IMG/VR virus record: IMGVR_UViG_3300024999_000057
Coordinates: 1 to 64,000 of that record
DNA: 64,000 nt
DNA from: a virus
Strand: one strand, 5' to 3'
The translations under genes were made by a program, and so were the position numbers. The notes beneath the pieces are model-generated. The model saw only the letters and a program-made list of their open reading frames with translations, did not search any database and was not told the origin of the DNA. Positions within the stretch are counted from its first letter, which is position 1. Every line of letters begins with the position of its first letter. Of the stretch, positions 36,801 through 45,854 are shown piece after piece.

Positions 36801-37096
36801 CAGATATACAGTCCGTAACCATCGTAGCAACAGGTAAGCCCATTTTATTGACAGTCAGTTTCCAACAGTTAGGTGGAACGTCTGCTCAGTTACGCTTAAA
36901 AAGAACCACATCAGGAGTTACAACCACCTTACTAGGTCCAAATAGCCAAGATGGAACTCACGCAGGGTTTGTCAGTTTTTCTATTATGGATTCCCCCGCT
37001 GCTGGTACTCATATTTATAGCATAACCGGTACTAACATAAGTGTTCAGTACCGGTCGTTGGTCGCTATTGAACTCAAAACAAGCTCTCTGTCTTAA
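33857..37096 (+). CDS. Central tail fibre distal part: FN3 domains plus 10-aa A(I/V)TxxKI repeats
   Basis: APDTPTGL...YSVRVSAYDKWGN FN3; repeats about 34900-35880; own RBS AAGGAG. Confidence 0.85.
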   Translation: MIELNAGIKFFTISFLPSVEMDVVGYTIHAVHQDDLVNGDFVPSASTQINAGPETTFTYKVSQAGTYFVRAAAYDSFEDTKNINYSSLNWTPLYSVAVSSLDPLDLVAPDTPTGLTLDTGLDTTQAIQDTTFITATWSQPADPTVDLAGYSVQLKKGAEVDYIETAINGKDTLTTKFSGLVANTSYSVRVSAYDKWGNISAYSPWVAITTTKDETIPNDVVLSSVTSAFKNVFISWVASTDTDINYYQIDVATNSGFTVGLRSFNVTGTSLTVDAVSGSTYYVRAKAVDFSGNVSVNYSNVLNTTAALVSGIDIAALTLTASNIANGEIDLGGSKITGLLANANLAQITDATKIADSLIITSKIADAAILSTKLAAGAVDNTKIADGAISAAKVAASAIDATKTSIAAINSSTGNLNAGTVSASNLVANAVTATAIAASAVTAAKLSVAAIDPASGNLAANSVTAGTIAAGTIVAADIAADTITASNIAAGAIGATEIAAGAITAGKIAAGAIVAADIAADTITASNIAAGAITAAELSTNSVVAGKIAANTLTVGDGVMANAYITSALIANLAVGSAQIQDAAITNAKIGALAVGSAQIQDAAITNAKIGTLAVNTSNIVDAAISTAKIANLAVDVGKIADATITDAKIANATITSAKINDLSAGKITTGTLAATSVIAVGDDRVKIDGTNKRITVNDGTYDRVILGNTGAGSYGLVINNAAGQSIFHTDGNIDGTKIANLAVTGSVAVGGSVTIGGATLTFTAPNPAGIGAVAVDLSNAPTSILNSSVTADTLSVVKTDASNAPSSILNSSISISSTGVLSGGGGGTVTLSGLGYTIPTYNLITGGPPVTADNTSSILSNESGQVGTLTLNAALTINSLLTISGSAAGITSGLASYSSDGTGFWISKDTSNSRMRVGTVSGGVLTNGFVWDGTAFKVRGALNADDMTAGTLNVDDLVAPNSIINPESAYTPDAVIITTEADIQSVTIVATGKPILLTVSFQQLGGTSAQLRLKRTTSGVTTTLLGPNSQDGTHAGFVSFSIMDSPAAGTHIYSITGTNISVQYRSLVAIELKTSSLS

Positions 37097-37386
37097 TTAA
37101 CTGTTACATAGTCGTAAGAGCCTGTGTCTCGGTAGCATTTGATCTGGGTATCGGTGGCACTAACCCTTAGAACCGGAGGGATATACATATCACCGGGGAG
37201 TAAAATACCAGTGCCCTCAGTAATTACACTACTCGTAATTGAGCACGCTTGGATAGCAGCCTCTTGTGTTCCCAGGTCTCTAGTCCCAATTCCAATTTTG
37301 TAATTTTTAGCGGGCTCCACATAATCCGGATCTCCACAACCAGCCAACAACCCAACGACCAGCAAAATAATCATTTTTTTCATCAC
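37093..37386 (-). CDS. Lipoprotein moron (candidate superinfection exclusion)
   Basis: MKKMIILLVVGLLAGC lipobox; antisense in tail operon; RBS AGGAGG. Confidence 0.8.
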   Translation of the reverse strand: MMKKMIILLVVGLLAGCGDPDYVEPAKNYKIGIGTRDLGTQEAAIQACSITSSVITEGTGILLPGDMYIPPVLRVSATDTQIKCYRDTGSYDYVTVN

Positions 37387-37413
37387 CCACCTCCTAGAAA
37401 TTTAATTAATCAA

Positions 37414-37442
37414 ACTGTACCTCAACCCAAACAACCTGTCAA
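37414..37442 (-). promoter_or_regulatory. sigma70 promoter for the lipoprotein
   Basis: Minus strand TTGACA-N17-TACAGT. Confidence 0.8.
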
Positions 37443-37494
37443 CATAAAAATTCACTTCTGCACATAAATTCACTCCACCAAAGGAGTCTCCTAG

Positions 37495-38796
37495 ATGGCG
37501 CAATACAAACTCGGAACAATTTCAATAACTAACGGAACCAACATCGTCACCGGGGCTTCAACACAATTTCTAGCAAATGTGGCTGTAGGCAACTCCTTCA
37601 AGGTCTCTGGAGTAAATGCTCTTTACAATGTGATCGCGGTGGACTCCGACACGCAGATTAGGATAAGCCCAAATTACGCCGGGACGACTGTTGCAGGAAG
37701 CCAGTACCAGATTTCTAAGGACTTCACGCCTAATTTAGGATTGGCAGAAATCGAGACAGGGGATTCCGAATTCGCGTTCCACCTGACCCACGAGGTCATC
37801 CGGAAGTTGGACGCGGCAATTCCTGATTATACCGATGCGTTGGCGGGGAAATCTCCTTTGGCTGGGCCTGGGGCTGCGCAGGCGTTTAGTGTGGGGGCTT
37901 TGAGTGCTGCGGGTGTAACGATAGCAGCAACCTCTCCTAAACTCAGCCTTAACGCATTTTCTGACGCAGCCAAGGGGCTTGTCTTCGTCTCAGACAATGA
38001 CGGCGGGATCATCCACAGTAAGGCAGCATTCCCGATGCTGAGGTTCGGTCATTCCACCAACGGCGGGACAACCATAGTTGAGGATATGCGATTAACAAAC
38101 ACAGGCAACCTCCTCATCAACACCCCTACAGACAACGGCTCTGGTGCGAAGTTGCAGGTGAATGGTTCTATAAACGCAGGAGACGTTAATAACGGCTCAT
38201 TTATAGCCGGGACCACGCCCACATACCAAGGTAAATTCACCTATGCCGCAGCAGGAGACACAGCACTATACATCGACCAAACATACGACAGTGCCAGTGC
38301 ATCAATAATGTTCAGAATGCGCACTTCTAGCACAAATATTAATACACCACTTTGCATAAAGGGTACGGGTACTGTACTTGTGAACACCACCACCGAAAAC
38401 GGCTCTGGCGCGGTGTTACAGGTTGCAGGCGCGGGTACATTCAGTGGTGCGGCTGTGTCAACGCCATTAGCAAGTGCAGTTACTATTGATACCGCTGGCG
38501 GCATTGGTCGGATTATGTGCTCAGAGGCGGGAGGTACGTGGAATGCAACACTCTCTGTCGTACCGTATGGTGGGAATCTCTTAGTAGGCACAACTACAGA
38601 CAATGGCTCTGGCGCGGTGTTACAGGCGAATGGGAATGTTACTTTCGCGGGCAACGTTAGGTGCAACATAGCCGCAGGACAAACCCTTACAGATAACTAT
38701 GATTTTCATATAGTAATGGTTGACAACACGCATATTCAGCTCGGGATGCGGGGGTCTGATGGTGTTATCCGCTCTGTCACCCTAGCACTCGCATAA
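37495..38796 (+). CDS. Side tail fibre
   Basis: YKLGTISITNG..VTG N-terminus; three GxxLxxTxT(D/E)NGSGAxLQ repeats. Confidence 0.85.
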   Translation: MAQYKLGTISITNGTNIVTGASTQFLANVAVGNSFKVSGVNALYNVIAVDSDTQIRISPNYAGTTVAGSQYQISKDFTPNLGLAEIETGDSEFAFHLTHEVIRKLDAAIPDYTDALAGKSPLAGPGAAQAFSVGALSAAGVTIAATSPKLSLNAFSDAAKGLVFVSDNDGGIIHSKAAFPMLRFGHSTNGGTTIVEDMRLTNTGNLLINTPTDNGSGAKLQVNGSINAGDVNNGSFIAGTTPTYQGKFTYAAAGDTALYIDQTYDSASASIMFRMRTSSTNINTPLCIKGTGTVLVNTTTENGSGAVLQVAGAGTFSGAAVSTPLASAVTIDTAGGIGRIMCSEAGGTWNATLSVVPYGGNLLVGTTTDNGSGAVLQANGNVTFAGNVRCNIAAGQTLTDNYDFHIVMVDNTHIQLGMRGSDGVIRSVTLALA

Positions 38797-38810
38797 AAGG
38801 AGCCATAAAA

Positions 38811-39086
38811 ATGGGCACACCCAACTATAACGAGAAGCCAGTTTCCGCTACCACTTGGGAACGCACATGTGCAATCAGGATTGAGAACACCTACGGCCAG
38901 ATGCCCTCCGTAATGACGGTTGAGGAAGTAATCACCGTAGATGCTGAAGGCGTGAAAGTTTCTGCCAAGCCCAACGGGAACCTCTGCCTGACCTTCGACC
39001 CTGAGAATGAAGATGACATGTTCGTCTACAACCATCTGAACGCGAAGACAATCGCTGCTAGAGAAGCACGAGACCTCAACCAATAA
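38811..39086 (+). CDS. Tail fibre-associated protein
   Basis: Synteny, RBS AAGGAG. Confidence 0.65.
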   Translation: MGTPNYNEKPVSATTWERTCAIRIENTYGQMPSVMTVEEVITVDAEGVKVSAKPNGNLCLTFDPENEDDMFVYNHLNAKTIAAREARDLNQ

Positions 39087-39097
39087 AAGGAAATAAA

Positions 39098-39253
39098 ATG
39101 AACTTTCAGATCGAACTCGCAGAAAATGAAATCAACTACATTTTAGCTTCTCTCCAAGAAAAGCCCTTCAAAGAAGTCGTTGGGCTGATCGACAAGATCA
39201 TGAAGCAGGCGAATGCTCAGTTGGCTGAAAAGAAGGTTGAGGAGCAAGAATAA
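39098..39253 (+). CDS. Small fibre chaperone-like helical protein (51 aa, not in ORF track)
   Basis: EINYILASLQEKPFKEVVGLIDKI pattern. Confidence 0.7.
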   Translation: MNFQIELAENEINYILASLQEKPFKEVVGLIDKIMKQANAQLAEKKVEEQE

Positions 39254-39285
39254 GAATTCAGATGTGAATCCTTGGAGGAGCCAGA

Positions 39286-39618
39286 ATGAACCACAACGAC
39301 ACAATTGAGCAGGGCGCCACTTTCTATCGAGAGGTGGTCCTCTACACGGACATAAGCAAAACCACACCGATCAACCTCACTGACAAGACTCCCAGAGCCT
39401 CCCTCATGACTCAGAATGGCCTGCACGTGGCAGATTTCGGGTGCGCTGTTTTGGCTGCGTTAGAAGGCAAGATCGCTTGGACCATGCCTCGTGCTACCAC
39501 AGCCTCACTAGAGCCTAGGCAGTACCTCTACAATTTGGATCTTGACGACGCTGACGATATCACCACCGACCGGGCTTTGTCTGGGCAGATCACGGTGAAG
39601 ACCGGGCAGGTGCTTTAA
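39286..39618 (+). CDS. Ig-like fibre adaptor (T5 p132/BppU N-domain-like)
   Basis: IEQGATF...INLT...YLYNL...LSGQITV. Confidence 0.7.
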   Translation: MNHNDTIEQGATFYREVVLYTDISKTTPINLTDKTPRASLMTQNGLHVADFGCAVLAALEGKIAWTMPRATTASLEPRQYLYNLDLDDADDITTDRALSGQITVKTGQVL

Positions 39619-39845
39619 TGATCGCCGTGGTCGCGGCTAGAGCCATCTTCGGGCTGATTTTAGCTGGGCTAATCCATGCGTCGGTGGTCTCGGAGGAAAT
39701 CTATTGGGGTGTAAGAGCGCCTAGAGAAATTCATTCGCTGGTGCAAACTAGGCCTCCTGCCGTGACCGCTGAGGGAAACCTCTACGACGCAACAACCGGC
39801 GCGTTTCTATACGACGCAGTTACAGGAGCGCCTTTAATGGCTTAG
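39618..39845 (+). CDS. Small hypothetical structural-module protein
   Basis: TAATG coupling; LYDATTG / LYDAVTG repeat. Confidence 0.6.
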   Translation: MIAVVAARAIFGLILAGLIHASVVSEEIYWGVRAPREIHSLVQTRPPAVTAEGNLYDATTGAFLYDAVTGAPLMA

Positions 39846-39849
39846 TGAG

Positions 39850-41811
39850 GTGGAAATGTCGGTTCAACCAATTTCATTACAATCAGTTTTAGAAGGGGCT
39901 CCTATTGAAGAGAGCCCTGAAAGCGGGGATTACTTAGTCTCCGTGCGTAGTGGTGTCATCCACAAGATCGGCTATTCCTCCCTCACCTTGTCTCCCTCTG
40001 AACGTGCTGCCAACGGTGAAGTGACTCAGATCCTCGGCTACCTCGCTGAGTCAGGTGATTTTGATACCCCGACATTAGCTTTGATAGAAGAAAAACGCAC
40101 TGCGGGTTGGCCTGACTATGCAATACACATTCGCATCATGGGTACATCTGTCGGGGGTCTTGGCACTTTTGTCGGGGTTTCTGCTGCAGCGAGTGTCGCT
40201 GAAATTTCTGGAGTAGGTGGATTAGCAGGACTAGGCTCTCTCGCGGGTATTTTTGTTTCGGCAGATGCTGCTGAAATTTCCGGCGTTGGTGTAGCAATTG
40301 GCCTTGGTTCTCTCACGGGTATCTCCGGGGCAATCAGTGTTGCTGAGATTTCAGGGGCAGGCATAGCACTAGGCACCGGGAATCTTGCCGGTGTGCAAAC
40401 CGCTTCGTCCATGAGTGATCTCGGAGGAATCGGCATTGCTGCTGGGGAGGGAATTGGGTCGGTTACCGGAGTCCTGGCTACATTGAGCGTGGCAGAACTT
40501 CTTGGCGCAGGAATCTCCTTAGGGATTGGGGCTTTGGCTGAAGTCGTTGTCGGAACCTCCGTAGAGGAAATTAGTGGTTCTGGTGAAGTAGTCATTCTAG
40601 GAACGGGCGAACTAACAGATGTGAGTGCTGGAACCAGTGTTGCTGAAATATCCGGTACCGGTGTAGCACTTGGGGCCGCTGATTTGACCAGTGTAACTGT
40701 ATCCACAGTGGTCGCTGAAATATCTGGAGTAGGTGAGGTTGTGTCTATTCCCGGCATTGCCTCCCTGACTGGAGTTACAACTTCATCGAGCAGTGGGACT
40801 GTGACTGGAGTTGGGGTTGTAGTTGGCATTGGGGCTGCTACTGGAGTGGCGGTTACATCATCTGTGGCTAGCGTCGGAGGGGTTGGTGCGGCATCCGCGC
40901 CCCTCGCACCTTCGGGCTTCTCCGTTTCTAACTCCCCCGCGCAGATTACGGCGGTATGGACAGACCTTACAGGAGAAACGAGCTACGAACTGTTCTATTC
41001 AACCAACTCAGGACTCAATGAGGCGACAGACGGGCTATCCGGTTACGTCTCAACAGTTGCTTACCCTGCTACGCCGCAATCGGCTGTCTCAGGACATATT
41101 ACAGGTATACCTGCGGGGTCTGTTCAGCACGTACTTAATGGGATGCTTACTCAGGGAACAACTTATTATGTGAGAGTAGGTGGAAGAAACGGTACAGTGC
41201 TTGGCACTCTAGCCGCCGCGTCTAGTGCTGCTGCTGCTGCTATTCTGTATGATGCTTTTACAGGAGAGGGCGCGTTAGGTAGTAATTGGGGGGCTAACCC
41301 CTATACCGGTACCGCAACAAAAACAGGGGGTAAGTTAGTATCGAACGGTAATGCAATACAGCGATGGACAGGCAGCTTCGGCTCAAATCAATTTTCACGC
41401 ATTACTGTTGATACGCTAGCAATTTCAGATAGCAGTGCTTACGGGGTGACTGTCAGAGATAACGGGAGCAAAACGTATTATGCCCTACGCACATATTGGG
41501 AGTCTAGGGAGAGCGATGGCTATTGGTACGACACCTACGTATTTGACATCATAAAAATTGTAGGGGGTGCCTATATAGGTTCCTTGCTTAACATTGAAGG
41601 TGGGCCGGACGCAAACATCACTCTTAAATTGGAAATTTCAGGTTCATTGTTAACAGCATACTATTCAACTAACAACGGGACGAATTGGACGTTAATTGAC
41701 TCCGTTACAGATAGCGTGTCACCTATAGCAACAGGCAATCCTGGCTTCTATGTCTCGGCTACAGGCGCAATACCTATAACATTAGATAATTGGTATGGTG
41801 GCACTCTATGA
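39850..41811 (+). CDS. Repeat-stalk protein with FN3 and C-terminal lectin-like domain
   Basis: About 10 Gly/Ala/Ser/Val 24-27 aa repeats; APLAPSG...TTYYVRV FN3. Confidence 0.75.
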   Translation: MEMSVQPISLQSVLEGAPIEESPESGDYLVSVRSGVIHKIGYSSLTLSPSERAANGEVTQILGYLAESGDFDTPTLALIEEKRTAGWPDYAIHIRIMGTSVGGLGTFVGVSAAASVAEISGVGGLAGLGSLAGIFVSADAAEISGVGVAIGLGSLTGISGAISVAEISGAGIALGTGNLAGVQTASSMSDLGGIGIAAGEGIGSVTGVLATLSVAELLGAGISLGIGALAEVVVGTSVEEISGSGEVVILGTGELTDVSAGTSVAEISGTGVALGAADLTSVTVSTVVAEISGVGEVVSIPGIASLTGVTTSSSSGTVTGVGVVVGIGAATGVAVTSSVASVGGVGAASAPLAPSGFSVSNSPAQITAVWTDLTGETSYELFYSTNSGLNEATDGLSGYVSTVAYPATPQSAVSGHITGIPAGSVQHVLNGMLTQGTTYYVRVGGRNGTVLGTLAAASSAAAAAILYDAFTGEGALGSNWGANPYTGTATKTGGKLVSNGNAIQRWTGSFGSNQFSRITVDTLAISDSSAYGVTVRDNGSKTYYALRTYWESRESDGYWYDTYVFDIIKIVGGAYIGSLLNIEGGPDANITLKLEISGSLLTAYYSTNNGTNWTLIDSVTDSVSPIATGNPGFYVSATGAIPITLDNWYGGTL

Positions 41812-43553
41812 CCCTTGAACTGTCAGAACCCGTAAGGGTTGGTGATTGGGAGCCTTTCTATTGCGGCACAGGTTACGCTGCTGATGGCTATTTCTACGTT
41901 TTTGGTGGAAATGCGACAGAAGAAGAGGGTGGTGCAGACAATTCCCCCTACACTCGTGTTGTACGATCACTAAACTTGTTGGATTGGGAAGACGTAGTTA
42001 GAGGTACGTCCATTGATTATCGCGCCCCAGATTGTGGCAAAATCCATCTACCTGATGGTAGGTCCGGTTATTGGGGTTGGTATTGCTATAGAGACAACAA
42101 TGCACAACTATACGCTGAAAATGCGTTGTATTACTATTTCCAGGAAACACACACACCATCAATAGACGACACTCTTTTCAGAAGGGTTGCTCCTACGTTA
42201 TCAAATGGCGGAAATTACTTCTTTGCCGCAGGTTTGGCCGCACTTCCAATCATAAGAGGTGACTATGTTTATTGGTTATCATGGTTGGACCCTACGCAAG
42301 CCATTCGTGAAGCTGCCATACCCAACGCGACTACCGGGAATAGGTTACGTATTTGGAGAGCACCCGTATCAAGCATAGGTCAAAATGACTGCTTTACTAC
42401 TTACGCCGACATAGGCCCAATCCCAAACTGTTACATGAGTGAACCGGACTGGGTAGAAACAAATTCTGGGGAAATAATCATAGTAGTGCGGGTTGAATCA
42501 AGCAACGCAACAGGGGGAAAGAAGGGAACATTTATTACACGTAGTTCGAACTTCCTTAATTGGTCAAGTCCTTCTTTTTTATGTAATGGGTTCCCACCGC
42601 AGATATTCAAAGATTTTGACGGGACTATCTATGTTGCTGCTGCTGAACGGGGTTCGGGATATGGGGGAAACAGATGGGATAGCACCTCCGGCAGTCAACA
42701 GGAGTGTTACGCTCTCACGTCAACTGATAACGGTGCAACCTTTTCAGCACCACAGGTCGTAGCGAACTTAAATGATGCCACAGGGGGGTATTCGTATTTT
42801 GGTAGGTACAAAAATAAACTAATTCACGGATTTTACCAAGACCCCTCAGGCAGCGAAGGACAGTATGTACAGACGCAAGCTGACGCGGGCTTAAACATTA
42901 CAATTAACGTAGTTGATTCACTTACATTACAAGCTACGGCAAACGGTCATGATATAACCGCTGACGGTTTGTGGTATAGCAGTAACCCCACAAGTGTCAA
43001 AGTTTTCAATGGGGTACTGACGCCTTTGTCAGATGGCAGTGTCACGATAACCTTCGACTATGCAGGATACCTAGCCACAACTGAATATGCACCGCCCGGA
43101 GTTGGTACCTGCGTAGGAGTTACAACCGGAACAAGCACAGGAGTGCTTACAGGGGCCGGTATCACAGTAGGAACTGGGTCACTCGCCAGCACTTCAGTCT
43201 CAGCTTCCGCAGCAACAATAATTGGTACAGGCGCAATCCTTGGGGCGGGTAACCTCTCCGGGACAGCAACCAATGCAACCACAGAGGCAGCAACAGGAAG
43301 CGGAGTTGCAATAGGCTTAGGACAACTCACTGAAATTTCCACTACAGCAACCACAGCTTCAATAGAAGGGATAGGCCAAGCAATTATCGAGGGGGCAGGT
43401 ACTGCTTCAGGAGTCACAGCAGAAACCAGCGTGGAATCCGTGACTGGCACTGGAGTGACTGCAAGTTCGATCAATCAAATCCGCGCCCCCAATAATCAGA
43501 TCATCGACCTTCGGGATGTCAACAATCAACCCATAACCATGCAGTATTTATAG
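41808..43553 (+). CDS. BNR/sialidase-like propeller protein with Ig-like domain and repeat stalk
   Basis: Asp-box STDNGATFS; RSLNLLDW; 5 C-terminal repeats; ATGA overlap start. Confidence 0.75.
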   Translation: MTLELSEPVRVGDWEPFYCGTGYAADGYFYVFGGNATEEEGGADNSPYTRVVRSLNLLDWEDVVRGTSIDYRAPDCGKIHLPDGRSGYWGWYCYRDNNAQLYAENALYYYFQETHTPSIDDTLFRRVAPTLSNGGNYFFAAGLAALPIIRGDYVYWLSWLDPTQAIREAAIPNATTGNRLRIWRAPVSSIGQNDCFTTYADIGPIPNCYMSEPDWVETNSGEIIIVVRVESSNATGGKKGTFITRSSNFLNWSSPSFLCNGFPPQIFKDFDGTIYVAAAERGSGYGGNRWDSTSGSQQECYALTSTDNGATFSAPQVVANLNDATGGYSYFGRYKNKLIHGFYQDPSGSEGQYVQTQADAGLNITINVVDSLTLQATANGHDITADGLWYSSNPTSVKVFNGVLTPLSDGSVTITFDYAGYLATTEYAPPGVGTCVGVTTGTSTGVLTGAGITVGTGSLASTSVSASAATIIGTGAILGAGNLSGTATNATTEAATGSGVAIGLGQLTEISTTATTASIEGIGQAIIEGAGTASGVTAETSVESVTGTGVTASSINQIRAPNNQIIDLRDVNNQPITMQYL

Positions 43554-43564
43554 GAGTTTCAAAA

Positions 43565-43999
43565 ATGGCATACAACGCCGGAGTAACCCGTTATCAGAAG
43601 AAGAAGTGGATGGACGAGCTTGTGACCAAAATCGGTGCAGGTTCCCTCAAGATGTCCATCCACAGCACCACTACCACCTGGGATGCTACTACCGATCCCT
43701 CAACCCCGCAGGTTTATGGTACTACGGGCGAACTGACTTCGACTGGCACCGGCTACACCGCAGGCGGCTACGTGCTCACTGCAGCCAACCTCACTGCGAG
43801 CGGCAACGCCTACCAGCTTGATTTCGCAGATGTAGTTACCAGCGCAGGAACCATCGCAACCGGCACCTACTGCGGTTGTATCTACGACACTACGGACTCC
43901 AGCCGTGTTCTGGCGATCTGCACCATGACCGTCACTCAGGCATCCGCTGGTGGTGCAATGACCTTCACCATCCCGGCTAACGCCATTGCGCTGACCTAA
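43565..43999 (+). CDS. Small conserved virion structural protein
   Basis: GELTSTGTGYTAGG; capsid-like codon bias; followed by terminator. Confidence 0.75.
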   Translation: MAYNAGVTRYQKKKWMDELVTKIGAGSLKMSIHSTTTTWDATTDPSTPQVYGTTGELTSTGTGYTAGGYVLTAANLTASGNAYQLDFADVVTSAGTIATGTYCGCIYDTTDSSRVLAICTMTVTQASAGGAMTFTIPANAIALT

Positions 44000-44019
44000 T
44001 CAAATTCAGATGTGAATTT

Positions 44020-44051
44020 AGAGCCGCTCTTGAATTAGAGAGCGGCTCTTT
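44020..44051 (+). terminator. Intrinsic terminator
   Basis: AGAGCCGCTCT...AGAGCGGCTCTTT. Confidence 0.8.
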
Positions 44052-44063
44052 CAGGAGTAATAA

Positions 44064-44510
44064 ATGAAACCCAAGTGGCTGGAAATTGCAGAAAAAGAAA
44101 TTGGGGTGCAAGAAAAAAGGGGCGGCGAAAATCCAAGGATCATCAAGTACCACTCATCCACCTCGCTGAAAGCCAAGGAGGACGAAATTGCCTGGTGTAG
44201 TTCCTACGTAAATTGGTGTGTCACCCAAGCAGGTGTCAAAGGCACCAATTCGGCTGCTGCGATTTCGTGGTTGAACTGGGGTGTCCCAACAGAGCCCAAA
44301 GAAGGCGCCATCGTAATCATCAGACAGAAACAAAAGTCCAACGACAAAGCAACCGGAAGTTCTTCAGGGAATCATGTGGCTTTCTTCAAAGAGATAAAAG
44401 AAGGAAGGATTTTTCTTTTGGGCGGGAATCAGTCGGACCAGGTGAAAATTTCTAGTTTCGGTCTTGGGAGTTACGAGGTTCTTGGTTACAGGTGGCCTAC
44501 TCAGGCTTAA
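44064..44510 (+). CDS. Endolysin, TIGR02594-type NlpC/P60/CHAP peptidase
   Basis: PKWLEIA..EIG, DEIAWCSSYVNW, HVAF, LGGNQ, GYRWP. Confidence 0.88.
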   Translation: MKPKWLEIAEKEIGVQEKRGGENPRIIKYHSSTSLKAKEDEIAWCSSYVNWCVTQAGVKGTNSAAAISWLNWGVPTEPKEGAIVIIRQKQKSNDKATGSSSGNHVAFFKEIKEGRIFLLGGNQSDQVKISSFGLGSYEVLGYRWPTQA

Positions 44511-44531
44511 TAAAATATTACGGAGATAAAA

Positions 44532-44889
44532 ATGAAAAAGATTATTTTGCTTCTGGCAGCACTTCTGGGTGCCCCCGCAGCCTTTGCCGCTTCACCGGGG
44601 GTTCCTCGAAAGGGACTTCAATAGTGCTGTCATCCAAGGAGGGGCGCCTAATGGTACTCTCTCGCAGACCCTAACTATCAACTCCACGACCATTGATGGC
44701 ACTAACTCGATCTGGTGGTCACTGTATCCGCCTACTGCTTGCAAGGTCCGGCTGATGCCTACTTCTGCGAAAGGATCTTACCCTCAATTCACGGCTCCTG
44801 TTGGGGTTAATCTCTCCAGATTTGTGAACAAGGCGACTCCTTTCATCAATTTCAGCGGATGTACTTCGGGAGAACTGCAGCGGAATTAG
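44532..44889 (+). pseudogene. Secreted protein, frameshifted at G5 run 44597-44601
   Basis: Signal peptide MKKIILLLAALLGAPAAFA stops at 44624; deleting one G joins it to the frame ending 44889. Confidence 0.75.
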
Positions 44890-44902
44890 GAGCCTTGAAT
44901 AT

Positions 44903-45073
44903 ATGAAATTATTTTTACTCCTTCCCCTTCTTACAGCCTGTTCCCTCAATTCAGTAGCGACTCCAAAAACCATAGCCCTTGAAGCGGGAACCTCAGTCCG
45001 ACACGACGTGGGCGATGTTCCCTCGAAGGTCAACACGATTTCCCTCAAGGCACTTTGGGAACTCAGAAAGTAG
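44903..45073 (+). CDS. Small lipoprotein (56 aa, not in ORF track)
   Basis: MKLFLLLPLLTAC lipobox. Confidence 0.65.
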   Translation: MKLFLLLPLLTACSLNSVATPKTIALEAGTSVRHDVGDVPSKVNTISLKALWELRK

Positions 45074-45084
45074 GAGGTAAGAAA

Positions 45085-45282
45085 ATGAACTTAAAAATTT
45101 TAGTGCTGGCTTCCATCCTCCTGCTTCCTGGATGCGCTGCCCTAGAAACCACTGTAGAAATCCTCGACATTCTCGTACCCGACCCCGTTCCTGTCTGTGA
45201 TAGAGATTCGGTTGGAGTTGAGGTTGGTGGGGAGCAGTGCTTGAAGCTCTCGGATGGGAGTTATGTTTGGAGGTCTAGTTGA
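45085..45282 (+). CDS. Small lipoprotein (o-spanin-like)
   Basis: MNLKILVLASILLLPGC; PDPVPVC; RBS AGGAGG. Confidence 0.7.
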   Translation: MNLKILVLASILLLPGCAALETTVEILDILVPDPVPVCDRDSVGVEVGGEQCLKLSDGSYVWRSS

Positions 45283-45854
45283 ATCCCGAACTTATAAAAA
45301 CCTGTGCGGTCCTCTGCGACCAAAGCTATTCAGATGTGAATCCAAATTTCGTCACTGTGGACGATTTAAGGTACGGGGTTTTTGAAACAGAGCACGGAAA
45401 AATAATCTGCATCCGGGGAACGGACAATCTGGAGAATTGGGGCGTGAACGCGAATGTTTTGCCCGCGAAGTCTTGTGGTGGTTTTCTAGCCCACAAGGGG
45501 TTCATAAAAGCCTACCGAGAACTCTGCTCGGGTGGGATGCCTACGACCAAAAATCCTTCCGTCATAGCAACTGGGCATTCTCTTGGAGGCGCCCTGGCAA
45601 CTCTGCTAGCAGAGCACACAGGGTGCAAATTAATTACTTTTGGATCACCAAGAGTTTATTGGAGATTTGGAAAAGCGCCTAAATTGGATTACATCAGGAT
45701 AGTAAGAGACGACGATCCGGTTCCAGAAGTTCCCAAGTTCCTCTACAGGCACACCCAGGAACCTCTTGTATTGAAAGACGGTGACCACAGGCATTTGCAA
45801 GTCAAGGATCATTTTATGAAGTCGTACCTTGAGGCTTTAAAGGAGTTAAAATGA
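45279..45854 (+). CDS. Class 3 lipase
   Basis: IRGT, HKGF, TGHSLGGALA, TFGSPRV, DPVPEVP, DH. Confidence 0.92.
   Translation: MNPELIKTCAVLCDQSYSDVNPNFVTVDDLRYGVFETEHGKIICIRGTDNLENWGVNANVLPAKSCGGFLAHKGFIKAYRELCSGGMPTTKNPSVIATGHSLGGALATLLAEHTGCKLITFGSPRVYWRFGKAPKLDYIRIVRDDDPVPEVPKFLYRHTQEPLVLKDGDHRHLQVKDHFMKSYLEALKELK

Noticed and set aside
33857-43553. Diversity-generating retroelement or invertible fibre cassette
   Set aside because: No reverse transcriptase, no adenine-specific TR/VR pair, and no invertase or inverted crossover sites seen.
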